A stretch of DNA of 33,402 bases from a virus (taxonomy: Duplodnaviria > Caudoviricetes): positions 1 through 33,402 of IMG/VR virus record IMGVR_UViG_3300038318_000158; one strand, written 5' to 3'. The translations under genes were made by a program, and so were the position numbers. A model generated the notes under the pieces. The model was not told the origin of the DNA. It saw only the letters and a program-made list of their open reading frames with translations, and did not search any database. How positions within the stretch are numbered: position 1 is the stretch's first letter; every line of letters begins with the position of its first letter. Shown here in pieces: positions 1-6,733 of this stretch.

Positions 1-4
1 CCTC

Positions 5-175
5 CTACCAATCTTCATCTAGCCAATTAGGGTCATCTTCTAGTATTCCTTTTACAGTCTCTACTGCATCTTGCTTTAATTGTTCTTCTGATATATTCAC
101 AATGTTTCCGTTTATAGTTGCCATTCCTCTTGGATGTTCCTTAACTTCTTCTACTCTTTTCTCGAACTTATTCAC
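5..175 (-). CDS. small acidic phage early protein (56 aa, MNKFEKRVEEVKEHPRG...DEDW), not in ORF track
   Basis: Manual translation; GTG start with GGAGGTG RBS at 181-187; packed in the early operon. Confidence 0.7.
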   Translation of the reverse strand: MNKFEKRVEEVKEHPRGMATINGNIVNISEEQLKQDAVETVKGILEDDPNWLDEDW

Positions 176-186
176 TTGTCCACCTC

Positions 187-591
187 CTAATCTTCTCTAT
201 ACCAATCGCTGTTTAACAAAATACGTGCAATAGACTCATCTGAATAATTTTCTCCCAAGTTGGCTAATATTTCGCCTAGTGTACAGTTCATCATTCCCAT
301 AGCATATCTTTCATCTTCAACAGTCCATCTTGATTCTTCTCTACTTTCTTCTAATGTTTCTAGTACTCCTATAAAACCTATTGGCTCTTTAACTTCTTCC
401 CATGTCCAGTCGATTTTTGGTTTAAACTCTGTTTTAATGCCTTTTACATTAGTGTTTATAAATTCGAGTGAATCTGTTAGCGGATTCACTTTAGCTATCA
501 AGTTTTTAAACAAACTTACATAAAACTTTTTACGTGGATTTTCTTTCAATCTTTTAGTCATTTCATCTATCTCTAATCTATCTTTACTCAT
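187..591 (-). CDS. hypothetical phage early protein
   Basis: ORF track 187..597; ATG at 591 fits the GGGAGG RBS better. Confidence 0.75.
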   Translation of the reverse strand: MSKDRLEIDEMTKRLKENPRKKFYVSLFKNLIAKVNPLTDSLEFINTNVKGIKTEFKPKIDWTWEEVKEPIGFIGVLETLEESREESRWTVEDERYAMGMMNCTLGEILANLGENYSDESIARILLNSDWYRED

Positions 592-709
592 CTTCACATT
601 CCTCCCAATTATTTTCTCTTTTTAAATCTATAGCTAAACATACCAAGTAAGTTATACCTAATATAAAGGCTATTGCAGGACTTAAAGGACTAGCTATAAA
701 GTTAGCCAT
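584..709 (-). CDS. small membrane protein (41 aa, MANFIASPLSPAIAFILGITYLVCLAIDLKRENNWEECEDE)
   Basis: Manual translation; ATG abuts the stop of the upstream ORF, RBS GGAGGGTG, one hydrophobic segment. Confidence 0.65.
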   Translation of the reverse strand: MANFIASPLSPAIAFILGITYLVCLAIDLKRENNWEECEDE

Positions 710-907
710 CTATTTCACCCTCCTACCTAACTCCTCTGTAATTTGTGTAAGAGCGTCTATAACTATATTTTCATCTTCAAGCTCTTGCTCTCTAAAGGCT
801 TGTTGTATTGTTTGTGCTAAATCTACAAGTCTCTTACTATCTAAACCTGTCAATTCTATTTCTCTTAATATCTTTTCATCAAAACTATAGCAATTATAAA
901 GTTCCAT
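710..907 (-). CDS. hypothetical phage protein (65 aa)
   Basis: ORF track; GGAGGTGG RBS; coupled to neighbours. Confidence 0.75.
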   Translation of the reverse strand: MELYNCYSFDEKILREIELTGLDSKRLVDLAQTIQQAFREQELEDENIVIDALTQITEELGRRVK

Positions 908-994
908 CTATTCCACCTCCCTACTATTCAACAAAATTGATACCGCTAAGCTTACAATTGCTATAGTTGTAAAAGTAAATAGTAAAATTAACAT
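908..994 (-). CDS. hydrophobic mini-protein (28 aa, MLILLFTFTTIAIVSLAVSILLNSREVE)
   Basis: Manual translation; AAGGAGG RBS; fills the gap exactly, and its TAG abuts the next ATG. Confidence 0.6.
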   Translation of the reverse strand: MLILLFTFTTIAIVSLAVSILLNSREVE

Positions 995-996
995 TG

Positions 997-1311
997 TTAT
1001 GCCTCCTTAATAAATTTCATTCCATTTCCAAATATCAATCTTACATAATCTTTTAATTCCTCATTTTCTTTTTTAAGCTCCTTATTTCTTTCTTCTAAGC
1101 CCTTTACTTCTTTTAACAACCTTTTCCTTTCTAGAGGGGATAACTTTCCTATTTCAGTCCCCTCTAGCTTTAAAACATCTTCTAGCCTAAATCTCTTGCT
1201 AGGTAATCCTTTGACGGGAGGTATGACACCATCATCTACCCATCTGTTTACTGTTGTAGTAGATACTCGCCAACGTTCTGCAAGGTCTTTTGTAGTAAGC
1301 AGTTTATACAT
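997..1311 (-). CDS. excisionase-like HTH (MerR/HTH_17 type) protein with C-terminal coiled coil
   Basis: LLTTKDLAERWRVSTTTVNRWVDDG winged-HTH pattern; ATG at 1311 with GGGAGG RBS; early-operon position. Confidence 0.7.
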   Translation of the reverse strand: MYKLLTTKDLAERWRVSTTTVNRWVDDGVIPPVKGLPSKRFRLEDVLKLEGTEIGKLSPLERKRLLKEVKGLEERNKELKKENEELKDYVRLIFGNGMKFIKEA

Positions 1312-1324
1312 TTTTAAACCTCCC

Positions 1325-1954
1325 TTACTTAATAACCTTAAAATGTTTAGGTCGCCTAGGTTTAGGCTTTTCAACCTTTATGGTCCTACCTGTTTCGCCA
1401 TCTAATAAAAATTGATTGCCTTTGTCATCTGTATGCATGTTATAAGTCTTTATATTGTTTTCTGCTGCCCATTCTTCTGCTAAAGAGGGTAATCCTTGAA
1501 ATCTTTGTAATCCACTAATACACATCATAGTAGCAACTGTAAATTCTTTAGTTTCCCAATTATGATATTCCCAAAGGAATTTCATTACATTTTCTTCACT
1601 TCCTATAGGCTCATTTCTATTTAAGGTATTAATGTATTTTTTAGTATAAAAGTAATCCTTGCTTCCCCATTTATGCCCGTCATAATCCTTTTCTATCGGG
1701 AATATGTTCATAAATTCATTAGGAGTTAATAACCCAATAATCAAATTAACTAATTCTATAAAGTGAAATTGTGCTTCATAATCTTCTTTAAAATTTAATG
1801 TTTGCCTACGTTGAGATACAACTGACTTTACCCCATAAAAGGCTGATTTTTTTATATAATCTCTTTTTAATTTTATATTTGACGTTTTGTGATATTTTTG
1901 TATAGCATCTGCAAAGCTTCTTTTGTATAAAAAATATTTTTTCAATTCTCTCAC
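1325..1954 (-). CDS. hypothetical phage protein (209 aa)
   Basis: ORF track; long, uninterrupted, coupled to the upstream antirepressor gene. Confidence 0.8.
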   Translation of the reverse strand: MRELKKYFLYKRSFADAIQKYHKTSNIKLKRDYIKKSAFYGVKSVVSQRRQTLNFKEDYEAQFHFIELVNLIIGLLTPNEFMNIFPIEKDYDGHKWGSKDYFYTKKYINTLNRNEPIGSEENVMKFLWEYHNWETKEFTVATMMCISGLQRFQGLPSLAEEWAAENNIKTYNMHTDDKGNQFLLDGETGRTIKVEKPKPRRPKHFKVIK

Positions 1955-1957
1955 CCC

Positions 1958-2758
1958 TTATGCTATCTTCTGTAAGTGTTTTAAAATTTCATTAATATCA
2001 GTTTCATAAAGTTTTAAAGCTATTTTGTATAAATCATCTATATATCCACATTTTTCAGCATATTTAATGACTGATAACTTGTCCTTCTTTTTCTTTTGCT
2101 TTAAGTTATAACCATGACATCTAGCTTTTAAATCTATAGAATGTACTTCTCTAAATCTGTCGTATAACTCATTCCATCTATCAGCAAAATTAGCTCCTTT
2201 ATACCTAACTACTTTATTTATAATATTTCTCTTAGTGTAAACATCTATATCATCTGTAACGCCTTTTATTACCTCTGTTTTATGCTCTATTTCCTTCTTT
2301 TGCTCTGCTATCCGTTTTTCTTTTTCCTCTAGTTGCTCTGCTATTTGATACATAAATTTACTGTCAATTTTTAATGGTTGCTTTTTCTCTATAAAAACTT
2401 GCTCTAAAACATCTTTAGCTTCTAATTGATACTTAACTAATCTTTCTACTGTTCTCGGATTTTCTTTTTGCATATTAGGTGTAATTGAAATCTTCGCCAA
2501 CCATAACGGAATGAATCCTATTTCAATACATAAAACATGTCTGACCTGTCCTTCAAATTTAAGGGGGAGCTTTTTACACCCTTGTTTTAAAACTACATCC
2601 CTTTGAATTTTAGCCACTTCATTGTCTTTCTGACTTTCAGTAAGTCCTATATCGTAACAAGCCTTAGACACTCCCATATAAATTTTTCCCTCTACAGTTT
2701 TAACCCCTAATATTTCTCCACCATAAAAGTCAATGTTTTTTATTTGTAAATCATTCAT
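1958..2758 (-). CDS. phage antirepressor, P22 AR N-terminal domain family
   Basis: IDFYGGEILGV...IPLWLAKI...LVKYQLEAKDVL pattern; directly after cro; ATG 2758 with AAGGAGG RBS. Confidence 0.8.
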   Translation of the reverse strand: MNDLQIKNIDFYGGEILGVKTVEGKIYMGVSKACYDIGLTESQKDNEVAKIQRDVVLKQGCKKLPLKFEGQVRHVLCIEIGFIPLWLAKISITPNMQKENPRTVERLVKYQLEAKDVLEQVFIEKKQPLKIDSKFMYQIAEQLEEKEKRIAEQKKEIEHKTEVIKGVTDDIDVYTKRNIINKVVRYKGANFADRWNELYDRFREVHSIDLKARCHGYNLKQKKKKDKLSVIKYAEKCGYIDDLYKIALKLYETDINEILKHLQKIA

Positions 2759-2780
2759 CTTCTTAACCTCCTTTTTATTT

Positions 2781-2799
2781 ACATGAAAAATATTCATGT
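2781..2799. promoter_or_regulatory. repressor operator ACATGAA-N5-TTCATGT upstream of the antirepressor
   Basis: Palindrome; exact reverse complement of the 19-mer at 3039-3057. Confidence 0.8.
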
Positions 2800-2813
2800 A
2801 TTAACCAAAAAAA

Positions 2814-3011
2814 TCAAGCAATTCTAGTAAGTACAATCTGGTCTATAGTAACTCCGTAATATTCTGCAACAGCATAAACTTTACTTACTGCAACGTTAGA
2901 AATATCTTGTTCCCATGAATTATAGGTTTGTAATGATATTCCTAACTCATCTGCTACTTCTCTTTGTGTTTTATCTTTTCGTGCCCTTAACTCTTTTAGT
3001 GTAAACTTCAT
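2814..3011 (-). CDS. cro: Cro-like XRE HTH protein (65 aa)
   Basis: LKELRARKDKTQREVADELGISLQTYNSWE HTH_3 pattern; divergent from cI; ATG 3011 with GGAGGTG RBS. Confidence 0.85.
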   Translation of the reverse strand: MKFTLKELRARKDKTQREVADELGISLQTYNSWEQDISNVAVSKVYAVAEYYGVTIDQIVLTRIA

Positions 3012-3033
3012 TTCCTCACCTCCTGTACTTTTA

Positions 3034-3062
3034 ATTATACATGAATATTTTTCATGTGTCAA
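3034..3062 (-). promoter_or_regulatory. lytic early sigma-A promoter TTGACA-17-TATAAT with the operator (3039-3057) filling the spacer
   Basis: Perfect consensus hexamers at 3057-3062 and 3034-3039. Confidence 0.9.
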
Positions 3063-3110
3063 GCGTTTTAGAAAAAAAATCATGTCTTTTTTATATTTTT
3101 TCTCTTTTTA

Positions 3111-3139
3111 TTGAATATTATTCTTATATATTGTATAAT
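3111..3139 (+). promoter_or_regulatory. cI promoter TTGAAT-17-TATAAT
   Basis: Near-consensus hexamers upstream of the AAGGAGGTG RBS of cI. Confidence 0.75.
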
Positions 3140-3162
3140 ATATAATGTAAGGAGGTGAAGAA

Positions 3163-3756
3163 ATGTATCTATCAAAAAATTTAAAATACCTAAGATTAAA
3201 ACATAATTTTTCACAAGATTATATAGCTGATATGTTTGGTTATAAGTCTTATACTACAATTCAAAAATGGGAAATGGGGACATCTGAACCCTCTTTAGAA
3301 AAATTAAGTAAGTTGTCTGAATTATATAATGTAGACATGAATACGCTCTATACTGTAGATTTAGAAAACAGCGAAAAAGAAAGTCGTACAAACAAAGTTC
3401 CTATAGTAGGTACAATCGCAGCTGGGATTCCTACTTTAGCTGTTGAAAACATAGAAGATTATTTCGTAATAGATAATAGCGTCAAAACAGATTTTGCATT
3501 AAAGGTAAAAGGCGATTCTATGATTAATGTAGGCATTTACGAAGGAGATATTGCATTTATAAAAAGACAGCCAGATTTAGAAAATGGAGAAATAGGGGCA
3601 GTATTAATTGAAAATGAAGCAACTTTAAAAAGAGTCTATAAACAAAATGGGAGTATAACTTTAGTTGCTGAAAATTCTAAATATCCTCCAAAAACATTTA
3701 CAAATGGAGATATTAGGATTTTAGGTAAACTATCAGCAGTACTACACCAAATATAA
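3163..3756 (+). CDS. cI: CI-like repressor, XRE HTH plus S24 (LexA-type) autoprotease
   Basis: N-terminal HTH; IAAG cleavage site, GDSM catalytic Ser and TLKR catalytic Lys. Confidence 0.92.
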   Translation: MYLSKNLKYLRLKHNFSQDYIADMFGYKSYTTIQKWEMGTSEPSLEKLSKLSELYNVDMNTLYTVDLENSEKESRTNKVPIVGTIAAGIPTLAVENIEDYFVIDNSVKTDFALKVKGDSMINVGIYEGDIAFIKRQPDLENGEIGAVLIENEATLKRVYKQNGSITLVAENSKYPPKTFTNGDIRILGKLSAVLHQI

Positions 3757-3761
3757 TCAAT

Positions 3762-3797
3762 AGAGAGGTATAACTGCAGAATACCTCTCTTATTCTT
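3762..3797 (+). terminator. hairpin/attenuator between cI and integrase
   Basis: AGAGAGGTAT (3762-3771) / ATACCTCTCT (3781-3790) 10-bp stem followed by TATTCTTT. Confidence 0.6.
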
Positions 3798-3815
3798 TAT
3801 AAAGGAGGAATAAAA

Positions 3816-4889
3816 ATGGAATACAACATCACTTATCGTGAAAAAGATAAGGGTTGGCAATATATAATCACCGTAAAAGAAAACAAGAAATGGAAATATA
3901 AGGCTAGTAAGCAAGGCTTTAGGACTAGAGGGTTAGCAAAGGTGGCGGCAGATAAAAGGCTTGATGAGCTAAAAGAAAAATCTAAAGTGAAACTAACAGA
4001 AGGACATGAAAAGATAACTTTAGCCCAATTTGAAGATATGTTTTTATCAGATTTAAAGTTGCATAGAGAAGAAAACACTATAATAAACTATAGTATAGTG
4101 TTTAAAAAATTTAATGAACTTAATGAAATGAAAATAGAGGATATAAAATTTGCTCACATACAAAAAAGTGTGAATAAAATGATAGAAAACGGGCTACACC
4201 CAAATACAATAAATCAATATGTCGGCAAAATGAAAGTCTTATTCAAGGCAGCGGTTAGCCCTTATAAAGTAATAACAGAAAACCCTATCACAAGCGATAT
4301 AATGTTACCTAAGACAAAAAAAGACAGAAAAGTAAAAGCTTTAACTAAGTCAGAATTAAACAACTTGTTAAATAAAATGTATCCTGAAAAAGATTACATG
4401 ATTTGTCTTTTGGCTTCACATTGTGGAATGAGGGTAGGAGAAATAATAGGGTTATGCGAAACTGACATAGATTTGAATAAGCAAGAAATAGATATAAATA
4501 AGCAATGGAAAAGACTTAAAAATGGTAGCTATGGCTTTGGTACTGTTAAGTCCCAAGAAAGGGTTGTGCCGATTCCCAAAGCCGCAATAGCACCATTAAG
4601 AAAATATTTAAGCTCTAACATAAAAAATATAGATGGAAGAGTATTTCCAGATAGGAATACCAACACTGTTTGTACAAGATTTTACGATAAGATGAAAAAA
4701 ATAGGTTTTGATAACTCGATACATGACTTAAGACATACCTATGCCACCACCTTAATAGCCAATGGAGTAGATTTTCAAACTGTGGCTGAATTGATGGGAG
4801 ATACTGTAGAGGTAGTCATAAAAACATACTCTCATTTTACAGACGATATGGCTAACACTGCCGCAAGAAAAGTGAATCAAATTTTTTAA
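3816..4889 (+). CDS. int: tyrosine integrase
   Basis: GMRVGEI (R), HDLRH, KTYSH (Y); N-terminal arm-binding-type SKQGFRTRGLAK. Confidence 0.95.
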   Translation: MEYNITYREKDKGWQYIITVKENKKWKYKASKQGFRTRGLAKVAADKRLDELKEKSKVKLTEGHEKITLAQFEDMFLSDLKLHREENTIINYSIVFKKFNELNEMKIEDIKFAHIQKSVNKMIENGLHPNTINQYVGKMKVLFKAAVSPYKVITENPITSDIMLPKTKKDRKVKALTKSELNNLLNKMYPEKDYMICLLASHCGMRVGEIIGLCETDIDLNKQEIDINKQWKRLKNGSYGFGTVKSQERVVPIPKAAIAPLRKYLSSNIKNIDGRVFPDRNTNTVCTRFYDKMKKIGFDNSIHDLRHTYATTLIANGVDFQTVAELMGDTVEVVIKTYSHFTDDMANTAARKVNQIF

Positions 4890-4890
4890 C

Positions 4891-5126
4891 AATTTATTTT
4901 TGACGTTTTTTTGACGTTGACTACACAAGTATCAGTAAATAGCCAAGTTATATATGTAATTAATATATCTGTGTCATATATTATTTATGTTTATTTTAAA
5001 AAACATTTTCAAACATTCTAATCCAAATATAGTAAAATGCACAATCCAATTAAAGCAACTTTAAAACTATTGAACATTTTAAGTCATATTTATAAATTTA
5101 TTTTTGACGAATTTTTGACGTCAAAA
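4891..5126. other. attP-like region with paired arm-type sites TTTTTGACG
   Basis: AATTTATTTTTGACG at 4891-4905 and 5095-5109, each followed 11 nt later by a second TTTTTGACG; AT-rich interior; directly downstream of int. Confidence 0.75.
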
Positions 5127-5158
5127 AAGACTAGCTAATATAAAGCTAGTCTTTTTTT
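5123..5158. terminator. bidirectional intrinsic terminator
   Basis: AAAAAAGACTAGCT-loop-AGCTAGTCTTTTTT. Confidence 0.85.
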
Positions 5159-5379
5159 AATTAATTACATTTGGACATCCTAATTTAATAACATTATCTA
5201 ATGAAGAAATAGATGATGTTATACTCTCTACTGATTTTCTTCCAAATGCTTTATATAACAAATATATTTTTTATTAATCTTTCTTCTATATTAAGATATT
5301 TAGAAATTTCATCTATCTCTAGTGAAATTTTATTTTTTATTTTATTTTCAATAATTTGTAATTCTTTTTCTTCTAACAT
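5157..5379 (-). pseudogene. small SOS-regulated gene, apparently frameshifted (42 aa to TAA at 5251-5253; continues in another frame as YKAFGRKSVESITSS...CPNVIN)
   Basis: Manual translation MLEEKELQIIENKIKNKISLEIDEISKYLNIEERLIKNIFVI*; G-rich RBS; alternative frame stays open to the terminator. Confidence 0.55.
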
Positions 5380-5407
5380 ACAAATCCCCCCTTATTTTTC
5401 TATAACA

Positions 5408-5436
5408 ATTATATCAGAACATGAGTTCAACGTAAA
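5408..5436 (-). promoter_or_regulatory. sigma-A promoter (TTTACG-17-TATAAT, extended -10) with a Gram-positive LexA box GAAC-ATGA-GTTC at 5417-5428
   Basis: Perfect GAAC-N4-GTTC lies inside the -35/-10 spacer. Confidence 0.8.
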
Positions 5437-5587
5437 GATAAGCACAAAATGATATAAACCTATTGTAACGCTTGTATTCAGCCTATATTGAGTTTTAATG
5501 TGATTAGAATATAATTGCATTACTATAGTTAAAATGAATCGTATATAAGGAGAATAGAAGGTTAGTTTTGTACGAGTTTAGTAAAAT

Positions 5588-5617
5588 AAAAAGACTAGCT
5601 ATTAAACTAGTCTTTTT
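5588..5617. terminator. intrinsic terminator, near copy of 5123-5158, overlapping the stop of the upstream gene
   Basis: AAAAAGACTAG-CTATTAAA-CTAGTCTTTTT. Confidence 0.8.
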
Positions 5618-5901
5618 AAATATTCATTTCTCTTTTTATATAAATACTTCTTTCTTTCAAGAATCTTAACACTTTTATCTTCAGTCAAAACTAATTTTAT
5701 TCTATCTTTACCCGCAAAGATTTTATAATTTTTATCACCTATAGATACAATTTCTACATCAGCTAACCAACCCGCAAATTTAATATCACTTTCTTTAAAT
5801 TCTTTTACTATTTCGTCTAGTATATTATTAAAATTAAAATAATCTATTTCATTATCTAACTTCAGTATTATCCATCTTCCTCCATTTTCATAATATCTCA
5901 T
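5602..5901 (-). CDS. orphan protein (99 aa, MRYYENGGRWIILKLD...) divergent from the CRISPR mini-array
   Basis: ORF track 5602..5925; ATG 5901 with AAGGAGGG RBS; own extended -10 (TG-T-TACAAT, 5933-5941) and terminator. Confidence 0.75.
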   Translation of the reverse strand: MRYYENGGRWIILKLDNEIDYFNFNNILDEIVKEFKESDIKFAGWLADVEIVSIGDKNYKIFAGKDRIKLVLTEDKSVKILERKKYLYKKRNEYLKRLV

Positions 5902-5913
5902 TTGAATCCCTCC

Positions 5914-5942
5914 TTGACAGAACATTTATTTTATTGTAACAT
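5914..5942 (+). promoter_or_regulatory. promoter for the mini-array, TTGACA-17-TAACAT
   Basis: Consensus -35 at 5914-5919, -10 at 5937-5942; no plus-strand ORF downstream. Confidence 0.65.
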
Positions 5943-5980
5943 ATAAGTAATTAATAGAAACAAAGTGTTGATGTAACAAA

Positions 5981-6067
5981 ATTTTAATAGAACTATATTA
6001 GAATGTAAATTTATATTTATGATCTATCAGCACTTTAGTTTCTAAACTTTAATAGAACCATAGTGGA
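5981..6067 (+). CRISPR. single-spacer CRISPR mini-array (type I-B-like 30-nt repeat, 35-nt spacer, truncated second repeat)
   Basis: R1 ATTTTAATAGAACTATATTAGAATGTAAAT (5981-6010); spacer 6011-6045; R2 ACTTTAATAGAACCATAGTGGA (6046-6067), 18/22 identical to R1. The GAATGTAAAT end resembles clostridial I-B repeats. Confidence 0.8.
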
Positions 6068-6068
6068 G

Positions 6069-6095
6069 ATACCCGCCTAGTTTGGCGGGTATTTT
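6069..6095 (+). terminator. intrinsic terminator closing the mini-array, possibly also ending the convergent operon
   Basis: ATACCCGCC / GGCGGGTAT stem with a T-run on plus. Confidence 0.75.
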
Positions 6096-6096
6096 G

Positions 6097-6681
6097 CTAT
6101 TTATATAAATCCTGAACATCTACTTTAAGATATTCAGCTACTTCTAGCAACTTCTTTAATGTAACATTTTCTAAGCTATCTTTATTTACTAGTCTGTGTA
6201 GTCCTGCGTAATCTAAATTCATATCTATAGACATCTCCCTAATACTTATATACCTTTCTTCTAATATAGCTAAAATATTGTTACCTATTTGATTATTCAT
6301 TTCTTCCATACTTCTAGAAAGGTCTACTTTTATTAAGTTAAGCCCAAAATAGTGCATACGTCCAATTTCTCTCCAAGCCTTTCTACATTCTCTTTCAGTT
6401 ATCTCCTTCTTTTCTAAAGCCTTGCAGTATTCTTTTAATTGCTTAGCCATGCTTTCATAGCTTATAGCCATGCTCAATCCGTCAGAATAAAATATATGCT
6501 TTCCTTTTACTTCGTCAGAATATAATAAAATTCTAAATCTATCTACTATTTCTCTATTATCGTTCATTCTACATTTATAATCTAAGAATACTCTACCTAT
6601 ACCATCTAAATAATCATTAAAAAATCTTTCTTTTTCAAATACATCTTTTCTTATAACTCTACCTAACTTTAGTTTTTCCAT
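6097..6681 (-). CDS. protein with unknown N-terminal domain and C-terminal Cro/C1-type HTH (Aca-like candidate)
   Basis: NNILAILEERYISIREMSIDMNLDYAGLHRLV...LLEVAEYLKVDVQDLY HTH pattern. Confidence 0.75.
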   Translation of the reverse strand: MEKLKLGRVIRKDVFEKERFFNDYLDGIGRVFLDYKCRMNDNREIVDRFRILLYSDEVKGKHIFYSDGLSMAISYESMAKQLKEYCKALEKKEITERECRKAWREIGRMHYFGLNLIKVDLSRSMEEMNNQIGNNILAILEERYISIREMSIDMNLDYAGLHRLVNKDSLENVTLKKLLEVAEYLKVDVQDLYK

Positions 6682-6733
6682 TTTATTTAATTCCTCCTTG
6701 TTTTTTAGTTAGAGGGGGATTTCACCCCTCTTT

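Noticed and set aside
3091-3105. Seed match of the mini-array spacer (TTATATTT) in the cI/cro intergenic region, also at 31451
   Set aside because: All-AT 8-mers are expected by chance, and pairing does not extend convincingly
5213-5452. Hydrophobic 79-aa plus-strand ORF that resembles a type I toxin
   Set aside because: It is the antisense of the A-rich minus-strand SOS gene, which has the promoter, LexA box and RBS
5920-5931. GAAC-ATTT-ATTT in the mini-array promoter as a LexA box
   Set aside because: The right half-site is too degenerate to support in AT-rich DNA
5951-5959. TTAATAGAA as a third CRISPR repeat
   Set aside because: Only 9 nt match and it starts just 33 nt before the equivalent position in R1, too close for a repeat-spacer unit
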